From an uncultured Fibrobacterota bacterium (lineage in GTDB: Bacteria; Fibrobacterota; Chitinivibrionia; Chitinivibrionales; WJKA01), in assembly GCA_964589825.1 (NCBI GenBank), contig CAZPUS010000001.1:100486-164485 (forward strand): DNA of 64,000 bases. Reading direction: 5' to 3'. Both the position numbers and the translations under genes were made by a program. Below the pieces are notes generated by a model. That model worked only from the letters and a program-made list of their open reading frames with translations, was not told the DNA's origin and did no database searches. Below, piece by piece: positions 37,961 to 48,670 of this stretch. Within the stretch, counting starts at the first letter, position 1, and each line of letters begins with the position of its first letter.

Positions 37961-40315
37961 TTATCTGGTTATTTTCTGGGTAGTAGTATTATACTCAATA
38001 CGCGTGTGAAAAATTCCCTGCAGCACCGGCATGAACCCTTCGACCACCTTTTCCAGATCACGCAGTGTAAGATCACATTCATCGAGCTGATACGAAAGAA
38101 ATTTATCGCGAATAATCTTCTTTACAAAGTCGCGTAACAGCTTTGGTGAAGATTTTTTCAGACTACGGGACGCAGCCTCCACCGAATCGGCGAGCATAAT
38201 CAACGCGTTTTCTTTGGTCTGGGGTAATGGGCCCGGATATCGAAAATCCTTTTCATTTATTTGATCGTGTGGATCCTGCTCCTTTGCTTTTTCATAGAAA
38301 AAAGATATCATACCGGTACCGTGATGCTGCTGAATCGCATCAATAATAACACGAGGAAGACGATGCTTTTTCGCCATTTCCATCCCATCCTTTACATGCG
38401 AAGACAAGATAAGTGCACTCATACTCGGTGAAAGCTTGTTGTGTATGTTTTTGGCCCCTACGATATTTTCTATAAAATAATTGGGTTTTTCCATTTTACC
38501 CACATCATGGTAATACGAGGCAACCCGGGCAAACAGAGAGTTCGCCCCAATTTTTTCAGCCGCTGATTCAGCGAGATTCGCCACGAGAACACTATGATTA
38601 TAGGTACCCGCCGCACGAATGGATAATTGTTTCAGAAGTGGATGGTTCATATCCGATAACTCGACCAATGTCATATTGCTGGTCATATTGAACACATTTT
38701 CAAATACCGGCACACACATCATAGTAAAAAAACTCGCTGTTGCAGCACTTATGCACCCAAGTGCTATATTTTGCATAATGCCGGAAAGCGACACGTTAAA
38801 ATTGATAAGATGATAAAGAAAAATAATCAAGGCATAGGCACCAATCAACGGTGGTATGGCTTTGAAAAAATCACGACGATAACGTATGTTTCGATGCGTA
38901 TACGCTGCCACCAGACCACCAAAAAGCGCATAAACAAAAAACATAAACTTATAGCCGAGCATAAGCCCGAAAAAAAGTGCCACAAAAAGGGTGACGATCA
39001 TACTGAGTCGCAGATCGAACAGTATAGAAGTAAGGATGGCGGCTATTGCAGTCGGTATAATAAACTCCATAATAAGAGGACTCGAAAAACTCGCCTGCTT
39101 GAATAAAGTCGGGCCAATTAACATAAAAAACCGTATCAGCGCGACCTGTAAAAGTATGATACACGCAAGCGCCCATAAAAAATGGCTGCTTCTAATCACA
39201 AACGGATGAAATGTTTTGACGTAGTAGGCCAGCAGTCCCAATGCGAAAAGTGATAACAAAACACCACCGCCATATGCCGCGATTCGTTTCCATGTATCAG
39301 ATTCCTGGGTACGCTTGGCATTAAGGACTCGGTATAGCGATTTCAGTTTTTCTTGTACCTGCGGCGTTACGATTTGATTTTTTCGCACAATTACCGTGTT
39401 TTTGATAACCTTGCCTTCGGTCGATTTTACGCTCATTGCCGCCCGCTCCCTGCGCAGCGCAGTCTGTTTTTCATTAACGGTCACGTTCGGCTCCAGATAA
39501 TTATACAGGACGTCATAAAGAGAATTCAGCTTATGTTCCCTGAACATATCCTGTTCCTCATACACTGACTGCTGTAGCGAATTGATTATCCGCTCAACAA
39601 CGATTGACTTGATGGTAAAGTGCTCTGCCGCAACAGTCTGCTCCACCGTGTCTTTTCGCAACAGCACATAGTTCTTTTTGTAAATGAGGTAATCATCAAT
39701 TGTGCTGTTGTATTTATGCTCCAGCTTTTCGACTTCTTCCCTGGAATCGCATATAAGCGTTGCCAGTATGCCCTGTTCGAGATACTCACGTGCCCTCAGA
39801 ACTGCATCCTCGAGAAAATAGCGTCGTGTTTTAAGTGTTTCGATGGTGCGTTCGGAAAGATCTTCCTTTAATTTGTCAAGGATACTTTCTTTTTGCGCAG
39901 AGGGGACATCCATTCGCTCCAGTTTTTGCAGGCCCTTTCGAAGTGAATAGAACCGCCGGTTTATTTTTTCGTTTACCTTATTGTGATAATCAAGTACGAG
40001 AGGAACTTTTTCTCGTGCTTCTTCCCGTTGGTTCTCAAGTTCTTCTTCGCTTTTGTAAATATCATATGTAAAGGGCGCGATTATCGTCTCATCCGCGACA
40101 TCTCCCACATCCGGCAAATCGAACTGTTGCCTGGTAATGACAACCGGAAATAACGCAACGAGCCCAACCGCGGTTATCAGCGCTACCGTAGCCGGTTCGC
40201 GAAAAAAACCGAACAGCTTTTTCCTGCGATTTTGCTTCTTACGCAACGTGGAAAAAGAATCCGTATCTTTTCTGTTATTTTTTTCCTTTTTTGTATCCGC
40301 AGAATTTTGTGTCAT
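37961..40315 (-). CDS. 7TM-HD phosphohydrolase (PgpH-like cyclic-di-AMP phosphodiesterase family)
   Basis: Extracytoplasmic 7TM-HD region, multiple TMs, GTYNHS, YYHDVGK, FYFIEN-like YFIEN, FRYPGP and ADSVEAA. Confidence 0.88.
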   Translation of the reverse strand: MTQNSADTKKEKNNRKDTDSFSTLRKKQNRRKKLFGFFREPATVALITAVGLVALFPVVITRQQFDLPDVGDVADETIIAPFTYDIYKSEEELENQREEAREKVPLVLDYHNKVNEKINRRFYSLRKGLQKLERMDVPSAQKESILDKLKEDLSERTIETLKTRRYFLEDAVLRAREYLEQGILATLICDSREEVEKLEHKYNSTIDDYLIYKKNYVLLRKDTVEQTVAAEHFTIKSIVVERIINSLQQSVYEEQDMFREHKLNSLYDVLYNYLEPNVTVNEKQTALRRERAAMSVKSTEGKVIKNTVIVRKNQIVTPQVQEKLKSLYRVLNAKRTQESDTWKRIAAYGGGVLLSLFALGLLAYYVKTFHPFVIRSSHFLWALACIILLQVALIRFFMLIGPTLFKQASFSSPLIMEFIIPTAIAAILTSILFDLRLSMIVTLFVALFFGLMLGYKFMFFVYALFGGLVAAYTHRNIRYRRDFFKAIPPLIGAYALIIFLYHLINFNVSLSGIMQNIALGCISAATASFFTMMCVPVFENVFNMTSNMTLVELSDMNHPLLKQLSIRAAGTYNHSVLVANLAESAAEKIGANSLFARVASYYHDVGKMEKPNYFIENIVGAKNIHNKLSPSMSALILSSHVKDGMEMAKKHRLPRVIIDAIQQHHGTGMISFFYEKAKEQDPHDQINEKDFRYPGPLPQTKENALIMLADSVEAASRSLKKSSPKLLRDFVKKIIRDKFLSYQLDECDLTLRDLEKVVEGFMPVLQGIFHTRIEYNTTTQKITR

Positions 40316-40340
40316 AAGGATGAAAAGACCAGTGCCGGTA

Positions 40341-40380
40341 AAAATACAAATGGCTTGAATCCTTTACGATTCAAGCCATT
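40341..40380 (-). terminator. Terminator after the LysM gene
   Basis: AATGGCTTGAATC-N6-GATTCAAGCCATT 13-bp stem, then TTGTATTTTT on the minus strand. Confidence 0.75.
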
Positions 40381-40413
40381 GCTGTCTTTATTAACCAACC
40401 CGTTATCAAATAA

Positions 40414-41139
40414 TTACCGTGGAATATCGAAAACCTGTCCCGGGAAAATAAGGTCCTGTGGTCTGTCGTATTTGGGATCGGGAACATTACGTCTGTAGGA
40501 CTGATAATCACCGTCTATCAGTGATTTATTGGCTCGATAAATCGTAGGCCACTGAGAAGGATCATCGTAAATTTTTTCGTATTCCGAGATTCTCCACAGG
40601 CATTCGCGGCGACTGCGATTCAGTTTAACAGTGTACTGATGAGGTTTATCCGGCAAATTAGCACGTACCCTTTCAACGAGATTTTCGAGCTCTTCGATTT
40701 TGTCCCGGATTTTCCACAGATACGATACCGGCTCCTGCTTAAGGGAATCGATTCGAGCTTCCTGTGTTTCGATCTCTTCGATTCGCTCCGCAAGTTCATC
40801 CGAGGTGAGTCCAAGAAGCAGCTCGAGTTTCTGACGAATGTCCGCAATCACGTTTTCGGCATCAATTACATCCTGTTCGGTAATCCCGAGGATATCGTAT
40901 TTCTCCTGAATCACCGCAGCGATCTGCTCTTCTATTTTTTCAATCTCCTGCTTAATACTGTCGATCTTGGCCTGCTCCTGGGCGATCTGTTCCTTTGCCT
41001 GTGTCTCACGCTGTTCCGCATTGGCAAGCGCGAGTTCGTATTCTTCGTACGTCATATCTGTTTTGGCCGCGTACGACGATACCGACATCGTCATGACCGC
41101 GAGCGCAACCGCGAAAATACCTATCTGAAAAAATCGCAT
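40414..41139 (-). CDS. Exported coiled-coil protein with a C-terminal LysM-like domain
   Basis: Signal peptide, heptad region, YTVK...CLWRIS...IY..P..W..IY.AN...IFPGQVFDIP. Confidence 0.85.
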   Translation of the reverse strand: MRFFQIGIFAVALAVMTMSVSSYAAKTDMTYEEYELALANAEQRETQAKEQIAQEQAKIDSIKQEIEKIEEQIAAVIQEKYDILGITEQDVIDAENVIADIRQKLELLLGLTSDELAERIEEIETQEARIDSLKQEPVSYLWKIRDKIEELENLVERVRANLPDKPHQYTVKLNRSRRECLWRISEYEKIYDDPSQWPTIYRANKSLIDGDYQSYRRNVPDPKYDRPQDLIFPGQVFDIPR

Positions 41140-41171
41140 TATTAACTCCCTTCTTTATTATATTCAATTAA

Positions 41172-41450
41172 TTATTGTTCGTCTTCCATTTTTTCTTCAA
41201 GTTCATCGCGCTCGCGTTCGTGCTCTGCGAGTTCGGATTGCTTATCTTCCAGTTTCCTTTCGAGCTGTCTCCTTTCCTGCTTCAACTCAGACAATTTCTG
41301 TTCAGCGCTGGTTGCAGCGGCCTTCTGTTCCTCGAGTTTCGCAAGCTCTTCTTCACTTGGTCGTTTCGTACAACCAACCATACCGATAATCATCATACAC
41401 GATCCCACCGTTACCAGTCTGGACCACATTTTTCCTCTCAACCATTTCAT
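41172..41450 (-). CDS. Small coiled-coil lipoprotein
   Basis: Lipobox MVGC, then an E/K-rich helix; AGGAGGAG RBS. Confidence 0.8.
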   Translation of the reverse strand: MKWLRGKMWSRLVTVGSCMMIIGMVGCTKRPSEEELAKLEEQKAAATSAEQKLSELKQERRQLERKLEDKQSELAEHERERDELEEKMEDEQ

Positions 41451-41571
41451 AACTCCTCCTTATTGATAGAGAATGATTCTCGTTTATAAATTATACTAAC
41501 TCACACGCTTAAATGCAATATCTACAAAAAATTATTACGTGAATAAAATATAATTATTCACTCGCAGAAAA

Positions 41572-42957
41572 TCAACCATTATCCGGCTTATGCGTTCCGA
41601 GCGCATAGACATTAAAGCCTTCATTTTGCAACTTTTTGTGATTTAATATGTTACGACCATCAAAAACAAACGCCGGTTTCTGCATTTCTGGGAAAATGCG
41701 CTCATAATGCAGCTGCGAATATATCTCCCATTCCGTAAGAAGCAGCACTGCGTGCGCATTTTTTGCGGCTGCATACGGGTCGTCACAATATTCTACCCGG
41801 TCTTCATATTCTTTTAAATCATTACGTGCACCAGGAAGTGCTTTGGGATCATGCACCGAAAGAAACGCTCCTTCCTGCAACAGCATCCTGGAAATTGCAA
41901 TAGCCGGTGATTCTCTTGTATCACCGGTATTCGCCTTGAACGCGAATCCGAAAAGACAAATTCTTTTGTCGGCAAGCGTATTGAACATTCGCTGCATTAT
42001 ATTTTTCACGAAACGGTGCTGCTGGTATTGATTGATTGCCACGACATTTTCCCAGTACCGTGCCACCTCCTCCAGATTAAAGAATTCACACAAATAGACC
42101 AGGTTCAGAATATCCTTTTTGAAGCAGGAGCCCCCAAAGCCGATACTTGCTTTCAAGAATTTTTCGCCGATTCGCGAATCCTTCCCAATCGCATTCGCCA
42201 CTTCATCGATATCCGCTCCTGTTTTTTCACACAATGCCGATATACTGTTTATCGAAGATATGCGTTGCGCAAGAAATGCATTACTTGCAAGCTTCGACAA
42301 CTCAGAGCTCCACACGTTTGTAGTAAGAATACGTTCTTTGGGTACCCAGTGTGAGTAAATCTCTTGTATGCGGCTTCTGGCATTGATACCCGTTTCATTC
42401 TCTCTCGATCCGATAAGCACGCGATCCGGATCGAGCAGATCCCGAATTGCAGTACCCTCCGCAAGAAACTCGGGGTTGGAAATCACATCAAAGCGAATGC
42501 CTTTATCATTTGCATTAAGAATGTACTCCATCGCTTCGGCCGTCTGCACCGGCACCGTACTTTTTTCAACGATTATTTTATCCCCATCGGATGCCCGCAC
42601 GATGCTTCGCGCGGTCTGTTCCCAGTAGCGCAGATCCGCGGCCTTACCCTTACCTTCTCCATACATTTTGGTCGGCGTGTTGACAGATACAAAAATTATT
42701 CCGGCATCGCGTATATTTTCCTGAACCGCAGTTGAAAAAAAGAGGTTTTTTCCCCGGACCTTTTTTACTATCTCCTCCAGTCCCGGTTCGTAAATAGGAA
42801 GCGTCTCGCTATTCCACGCATCGATACGAGAGACGTTTATATCCACGACTACAACGGTATACTCCGGGCACTTGTGGGCAATCACCGCCATAGTTGGACC
42901 GCCTACGTATCCCGCCCCTATACACAATATTTTTTTGTTTTGCGCCGGATTGCTCAT
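41572..42957 (-). CDS. ugd: UDP-glucose 6-dehydrogenase
   Basis: [33 protein letters not shown] and [13 protein letters not shown]. Confidence 0.95.
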   Translation of the reverse strand: MSNPAQNKKILCIGAGYVGGPTMAVIAHKCPEYTVVVVDINVSRIDAWNSETLPIYEPGLEEIVKKVRGKNLFFSTAVQENIRDAGIIFVSVNTPTKMYGEGKGKAADLRYWEQTARSIVRASDGDKIIVEKSTVPVQTAEAMEYILNANDKGIRFDVISNPEFLAEGTAIRDLLDPDRVLIGSRENETGINARSRIQEIYSHWVPKERILTTNVWSSELSKLASNAFLAQRISSINSISALCEKTGADIDEVANAIGKDSRIGEKFLKASIGFGGSCFKKDILNLVYLCEFFNLEEVARYWENVVAINQYQQHRFVKNIMQRMFNTLADKRICLFGFAFKANTGDTRESPAIAISRMLLQEGAFLSVHDPKALPGARNDLKEYEDRVEYCDDPYAAAKNAHAVLLLTEWEIYSQLHYERIFPEMQKPAFVFDGRNILNHKKLQNEGFNVYALGTHKPDNG

Positions 42958-43041
42958 AATCGTGTCCTTTCGACACCACCCAATTTAGGTTATACGCACC
43001 CGACCCCCTCGTCGATATCTTTTTTTTATAAAATAAATTTA

Positions 43042-44127
43042 TCAGCTTCCGAAAACGATATCGGCTATATTTTTCCGTACCGTGTTTATGGTATCGGCCT
43101 CTCCCCGTCTCCTCGGATGCACGTAATTGCTGAGCATCACCATTGCACGACTCTTACATGGATCGACTATGCATACGCATCCTGTAAAGCCGGTTTTCCC
43201 AAACGCACACTCAGAGGTGCGTTCTCCCATATATCTTTTCTGATTGAGCTCCCATCCAAGCCCCTGTGATATGCTGCAGTTTTCAAACTGATTGGTATGC
43301 ATACTCACTACTGTATAGGGAGAATATAATCGCATCCCCCGAAAGGCTCCTTCATTCACCAGCATGTGCAATACGTTGCAAATATCACGGGCTGTGGAAA
43401 AAAGGCCGGCTGATCCTGCTATGATTTCCGGTCGCATCGCATAGGCGCTTTCATCGTGAACTTTGGCCTGTACCAGACCACCACGCCAGGGGTCGATCTC
43501 CGTCGGGACAACCTGACGCGTATATTCCGGTGGTACCGTAAACCAGGTGCGCGTCATACCCAACGGCTCGAACAGCGTTGTTTGCGCACATTTGTCAAGC
43601 GATGCTCTCCAGACCCGTTCAACGACCATGCCAAGGAGAATACTCGTGGCATTACAGTAACGGAATGTCATCCCGGGAGGATTTACCGCTTCCGCGGAGT
43701 AAAGGATATTTCGAAGCTGCTCGGGGCTACGGTCTTTATACGCCGAAAGCGAAAACCGGAAATCGAGCGTATGAGTCAACAGATGCCACAACCCGATTTG
43801 CTCTCTGTGAGTCCCCCGGAACTCAGGAAGATATTCGATAAGCTTGTCCTGTACTCCTATGTTTCCCCGATCCAGCGCCATAAGCGCCAGCAATGCCGTT
43901 GGAATCGATTTTGTAATCGAGGCGACGTCATAAATCGCATCAGGAGATACCGCAGGTGCGTTTTCCTCATACGTATACCTGCCACGTGCTGCGTATTCAA
44001 TCCCGATAGTACTGTCACAAATACCGACAACACACCCTGGAAAGATCTGTTGTGCGACCGCCGCTTCGAGCGCTTTACCTACCCGTTCTTTGCACATATT
44101 CACATTCATGTTTTTTCCATTTTCCAC
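43042..44127 (-). CDS. Beta-lactamase-fold serine hydrolase (cytoplasmic)
   Basis: SxxK (SITK), YxN (YCN) and KTG motifs. Confidence 0.88.
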   Translation of the reverse strand: MENGKNMNVNMCKERVGKALEAAVAQQIFPGCVVGICDSTIGIEYAARGRYTYEENAPAVSPDAIYDVASITKSIPTALLALMALDRGNIGVQDKLIEYLPEFRGTHREQIGLWHLLTHTLDFRFSLSAYKDRSPEQLRNILYSAEAVNPPGMTFRYCNATSILLGMVVERVWRASLDKCAQTTLFEPLGMTRTWFTVPPEYTRQVVPTEIDPWRGGLVQAKVHDESAYAMRPEIIAGSAGLFSTARDICNVLHMLVNEGAFRGMRLYSPYTVVSMHTNQFENCSISQGLGWELNQKRYMGERTSECAFGKTGFTGCVCIVDPCKSRAMVMLSNYVHPRRRGEADTINTVRKNIADIVFGS

Positions 44128-44187
44128 GCATAGCTGAAAAATCCCGCTACGACAGTAACGAGCTCGGGGATTATACGCATACCCTGC

Positions 44188-45240
44188 TTATTTCTCGAGA
44201 GCTGAGGCTGCTGTATTTTTATTCGCTTTGGCTTCTTTGAGGAGATCGGCAATCATTTCCCGTTGCTCTTTTGTATATGATCCGCTCAGACATTTATCAT
44301 ACATTCGGATAGCTTTTTTATACTCACCACTTTGGAAATAAAGCCTGCCCAGCTCATACCAGGCTATGCTCAGGTTATAGGTATCATTTGGATACTCCTT
44401 TTGAATAGTATCCACCAATCGCTGCAGATATTGCCTGGCTTCTTCATACCGTTCCACGCCCAGCAATGCTCGTGCTTTTCCCCATGCAAAAACCGGCGAG
44501 TGCGGATACTTGCCCAGGAACGCATCCACTACCTTCATCGCGGGTACGTGACGGGATTCCCGATTGAATATTATAACGAGTTGATGCGCAGAAGACTCGC
44601 GTGTATAGACACCCTGATTCTTTGCAATATACAACTTCTGTATGCCCTGTTTACGATTATCTTTATCTGAGGGAGCCCACCATAATTGATCCGTTTTTGC
44701 ACTACGCCAGTATTCATAGCTGCCGATACCAAAATAGACATCCTTAAGCGACGGATACTTTTTTTTCACCTTTTCGAGGTATCGTATTCCCTTCCATGCA
44801 TGCCGAAAAGCGGTAATCCATCTCTCCATCTCCATTTCATACATCCCCATCAGGCCATTCGCACCGCCAATGAAAAAATTAGGCCAGGGTCCATGTTTTT
44901 CATTCCCCAGCATATCCTCCGCCTTTTCAATTGCCTTCTCGCAATGTCGATAAAATTCGTCCTCACGTTCGGTGTTTTTAAAGACCACCATTTCCACTTC
45001 CACACTAAGAGCGTAAAAAAAATATCCTGCGGGATTGTTCGCATGCCTCCGGATCAGGGTATTTGCCGTCTGACGAGATGCCTCGAATTCACCATTGTAC
45101 AGTAAAGATAAAAACCGCTGTGCTTTCTCATGAATAGACGCCGGCAGCCTGATATCCGTCTCACCATGAAGCCTGACGGGTATGCCGGAAACGGCAACTA
45201 AAACAATAAAAATGCATCCACGCACAAAAGACACAAACAC
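44188..45240 (-). CDS. Exported TPR protein
   Basis: Signal-like N-terminus; TPR-like helices (AWYELGRLYFQSGEYKKAIRMY). Confidence 0.8.
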   Translation of the reverse strand: MFVSFVRGCIFIVLVAVSGIPVRLHGETDIRLPASIHEKAQRFLSLLYNGEFEASRQTANTLIRRHANNPAGYFFYALSVEVEMVVFKNTEREDEFYRHCEKAIEKAEDMLGNEKHGPWPNFFIGGANGLMGMYEMEMERWITAFRHAWKGIRYLEKVKKKYPSLKDVYFGIGSYEYWRSAKTDQLWWAPSDKDNRKQGIQKLYIAKNQGVYTRESSAHQLVIIFNRESRHVPAMKVVDAFLGKYPHSPVFAWGKARALLGVERYEEARQYLQRLVDTIQKEYPNDTYNLSIAWYELGRLYFQSGEYKKAIRMYDKCLSGSYTKEQREMIADLLKEAKANKNTAASALEK

Positions 45241-45264
45241 ACATCCTGTTTAAAACCAAAACAA

Positions 45265-45642
45265 TTATTCTGGCGTTACGCTATAATATTCCCACCGATT
45301 ATAATACCGTTCCCATTTACCCCTAAACCGTTCATATCTGTATTTTCTTCTTACTTTAGCCTGTGCCTTTTTGATAACGAAAAAATCGACAACCCCCTTG
45401 GCAATATAATCGCCTTCTTTAAAATATTCATACGAAACTATGGAATAATACGGAGAATCGATCACGCTCGTATCAGGTAATTGCGCAACAAGACTATTCA
45501 AATCATGGGTAACGACTGCGTCGAGTTTTTTTCGAATACGTTTCGACGATTCAGCGACACAGGATAACACGAGACACATCCCCAGAATACCGAGCGCGGT
45601 AATAAAAATACTACTATGAGTTTTCATCATTCGTATCCTCAA
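45265..45642 (-). CDS. Hypothetical lipoprotein
   Basis: Hydrophobic segment ending VLSC. Confidence 0.65.
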   Translation of the reverse strand: MRIRMMKTHSSIFITALGILGMCLVLSCVAESSKRIRKKLDAVVTHDLNSLVAQLPDTSVIDSPYYSIVSYEYFKEGDYIAKGVVDFFVIKKAQAKVRRKYRYERFRGKWERYYNRWEYYSVTPE

Positions 45643-45739
45643 AAAATCAATCGATATCGTATATGTATACGCTCAGAACCGCTCTGTCATTACGCAGGGA
45701 TGTAACACAATGCAGAGGCGGCCGGGCTGCTACAATTTA

Positions 45740-46846
45740 TTACTGAAAAATATTGACTTCGCTCTCATGGTCAAACAGGTGAATTTTTCTGCCATCTATT
45801 GACGCATATACGGTACCGGTTCGATCAATATCCGCCTCTCTGGTCACAAGAAACCGAAGCCTGCTCTGCGCGCACTGTCCTACCACGATCCTTCGATCAC
45901 CGAGCTCTTCTATAATGTCAGTACACATTTCGATGCGTGTATCCGAGTGACGACGTATACGTTGTTCACCTATGTAATGAATATTTTGCGGACGGATACC
46001 TACAACCACCCTTTTCCCTGTCAACGGATATATCTTCTCCGCCCGTTGCTTATCCAAGCGGAGAAAACCGATATCCGAATCAACACCTGTTTCATTATTA
46101 CGATATGCAACAGCACCTTTGAAAAAATTCATCCTCGGGCTTCCGAGAAAACGCGCGGCAAAAAACGTCTGCGGATAATCGTATGCACTGTTTACATCAT
46201 TGTATTGTTCGAGCCGTCCGTTTCTTATGAGCGCGATACGATCGCTCATCGTCATTGCTTCTTCCTGATTATGGGTAACGAATATAATCGTTTTGCCCAC
46301 TCTCTGATGAATCCTGCGCAGCTCCTCGATCGCATCTTCTTTCAATGCGGCGTCGAGATTGCTGAGCGGCTCATCGAGAAGCAACACGGACGGGTCGAGT
46401 ACAAGTGCTCTGGCCAATGCAACCCGTTGTCGCTGCCCTCCGGACAGCTCCTTGGGCAACCGGTTTTCCAGACCGTCAAGCGAAAGCGTATTCAACGCCC
46501 ATTCCAGTTTCTCCTGCATATCAATACGAGAGGTATTTCGGATTTTCAGGCCAAACAGGATATTGGTTCGCACGTTGAGATGAGGAAACAGCGCATAGTT
46601 TTGAAAAACCATGGCAATATTTCTCTGCTGTGGAGAAAGATCGGTATAACGGACTCCATCTACATATACATCTCCTTTGTCAACACCTTCCAACCCGGCA
46701 ATCATCCGAAGCAGCGTGGTTTTTCCACACCCGGATGGACCAAGCAGTGTTACGAACTCCCCGTCCTCTATTTCAAGGGAAATGTTCTCTACCGCTCCAT
46801 AGTTTCCGTAAAATTTATAAATATTGTGCAGCGTTACTGCGGCCAT
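45740..46846 (-). CDS. Sugar ABC transporter ATPase (MalK/MsmK-like)
   Basis: GPSGCGKTT, LSGGQ, LLLDEPLSNLD and C-terminal TOBE region. Confidence 0.95.
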   Translation of the reverse strand: MAAVTLHNIYKFYGNYGAVENISLEIEDGEFVTLLGPSGCGKTTLLRMIAGLEGVDKGDVYVDGVRYTDLSPQQRNIAMVFQNYALFPHLNVRTNILFGLKIRNTSRIDMQEKLEWALNTLSLDGLENRLPKELSGGQRQRVALARALVLDPSVLLLDEPLSNLDAALKEDAIEELRRIHQRVGKTIIFVTHNQEEAMTMSDRIALIRNGRLEQYNDVNSAYDYPQTFFAARFLGSPRMNFFKGAVAYRNNETGVDSDIGFLRLDKQRAEKIYPLTGKRVVVGIRPQNIHYIGEQRIRRHSDTRIEMCTDIIEELGDRRIVVGQCAQSRLRFLVTREADIDRTGTVYASIDGRKIHLFDHESEVNIFQ

Positions 46847-46863
46847 TGTAGATCACCTTACGG

Positions 46864-47691
46864 TTAACGTATGCTCCCGTACGCAACATCCTTTACCATG
46901 TATCGCTGGAACAACAATGTAAACAACAGAACCGGCAGAGTAAGACAAACAGAGATCGCTGCCAGTATATTCTGTGGCGGTGAATATGCAAGATTCTGTT
47001 TAAGATATAACGTGAGTGTCGATATTTTCCCGAGTCCAAGCAGAAAATAGGCAAATACGAATTCGTGCCATGAAAGGATGAGCGTATAGATCGCCGCTGC
47101 CATTAAGCCAGGTATCGCAATAGGCAGCAAAATAGTAAAGAAAACGCGAATTTTTCCCGATCCCATCACAATAGCCTGCTCTTCGAGTTCATGCGGAATC
47201 GGCTCGAATGCGCTGTTTCCAATAAATATCACATACGGCAATGCAAGCAGGGTATGTGCAAGGATAACCCCCCAATATGTATTCTGTGCATTTATTGTTA
47301 TAAAAAACTCGGTAATAGGGACTACCGATGCGATATCGGGAAACAAGCGTATCGAAATAAGCCCGATCAACAGCGCTTTTTTAAAGGGGAATGAATACCT
47401 GGAAAGTACATAAGACGCGGGTACCCCCAGACTCATCGACAAAAGTACCGTCATCGAAGCTATAAAAACCGAATTCCCTATTACCGTGTAAATTGCGGGA
47501 TCGGAAAAAATGTACAGAAAAGAAGAAAATGTAGGCTGCTGTGGCCACAACGGTATCGGTTCACCACCGGTATTTATACTTCCCACATCACTTATCGAAT
47601 ATTTGAAAAGGAGATAAAGCGGTACACAAATAATGAGCACGGCTGCTATAACCGCTAAAACGTATAGACCGGATTTAATATATCGCTTCAT
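46864..47691 (-). CDS. Sugar ABC permease (MalG-like)
   Basis: EAA-like ELEEQAIVMGS loop; six TMs. Start at ATG 47691 (MKRYIK). Confidence 0.9.
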   Translation of the reverse strand: MKRYIKSGLYVLAVIAAVLIICVPLYLLFKYSISDVGSINTGGEPIPLWPQQPTFSSFLYIFSDPAIYTVIGNSVFIASMTVLLSMSLGVPASYVLSRYSFPFKKALLIGLISIRLFPDIASVVPITEFFITINAQNTYWGVILAHTLLALPYVIFIGNSAFEPIPHELEEQAIVMGSGKIRVFFTILLPIAIPGLMAAAIYTLILSWHEFVFAYFLLGLGKISTLTLYLKQNLAYSPPQNILAAISVCLTLPVLLFTLLFQRYMVKDVAYGSIR

Positions 47692-47717
47692 TGGTAGAGT
47701 AACCGGGATACAGGTAA

Positions 47718-48617
47718 TTAAACTTTTATGTCCGTTGAAAATCGAGTCAGAATTTTCATCAGATAGAAAATAATGCCAAGAGTACACACAATACTCGTAA
47801 CCAGAATGAGCGCAACGACTGCCGCCTGGTTTGTATAGCCCCAATTCTGATAAAGTGACTCGATAAAGGTCCCGAGCATATTATATTGTCGTGCAACTAT
47901 AAAAGGGAAAATAAATTCTTTCCACATTTCAATTGACCGTAAAAGCAACACTGCAGATATAGCAGGTAGTATGGAGGGTATAATGATATGCAGCAACTGT
48001 ACCCGAAGTCCGGCCCCAAGCGTTTTTGCTACATCGAACAGATCTTTGTTAATTGCATTCAATCCGGAAAGAATAATAAGCATTGTGATAGGCATATCAC
48101 GCCATATTTTTCCAAGCATACAGATCCCAAGCGCGGTAGGCGCAGATCCCTTCCAGTTGATCGGATGTGTCAGCATTCGGGGGATAAAAGGGTATTCGCC
48201 CATAAGGAAACTGTTTATATGACCTGTCGGATAATCGAAAAGAATGTATATGATAGTGGCAATAACGATGGCGGGGATGGCAAAAGGGACAATAAATATA
48301 CTGCGAATCATTTTCTTCCCTTTTTCACTAGAATAAATAAGGACCGCGAAAAAAAAGCCGATAAAAAGCTCACTAGGCGTTCCAACGATCACGAATAAAA
48401 CGGTGTTACGCCATGCCGCCCAGAATTCTTCATTGGAAAAGATCTCAGAATAATGTGTAAGCGAAAAGACCTGCCCGTTTCCCCCTTCTGCAGAAAAGCT
48501 TAACCCTATGAGGTATATGATTACTAACAGTAAAAATCCCAGGAGATACAATGTAACCGGTATAAGCGGCAGTATCTCCTGGAATTTTTTTACACCATGA
48601 TTTGGATTTGTGGTCAT
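47718..48617 (-). CDS. Sugar ABC permease (MalF-like)
   Basis: HYSEIFSNEEFWAAWRNT and DLFDVAKTLGA loop. Confidence 0.9.
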   Translation of the reverse strand: MTTNPNHGVKKFQEILPLIPVTLYLLGFLLLVIIYLIGLSFSAEGGNGQVFSLTHYSEIFSNEEFWAAWRNTVLFVIVGTPSELFIGFFFAVLIYSSEKGKKMIRSIFIVPFAIPAIVIATIIYILFDYPTGHINSFLMGEYPFIPRMLTHPINWKGSAPTALGICMLGKIWRDMPITMLIILSGLNAINKDLFDVAKTLGAGLRVQLLHIIIPSILPAISAVLLLRSIEMWKEFIFPFIVARQYNMLGTFIESLYQNWGYTNQAAVVALILVTSIVCTLGIIFYLMKILTRFSTDIKV

Positions 48618-48670
48618 ACCTTCATAATGATTCCATAACCGTAATTAAAAAACCATTTACCTGCGTATGG

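Noticed and set aside
43456-44133. Long antisense ORFs (also 26022..26936, 45947..46867, 49193..49978, 62331..63437 and others)
   Set aside because: They are shadows of well-supported opposite-strand genes, with no motifs.
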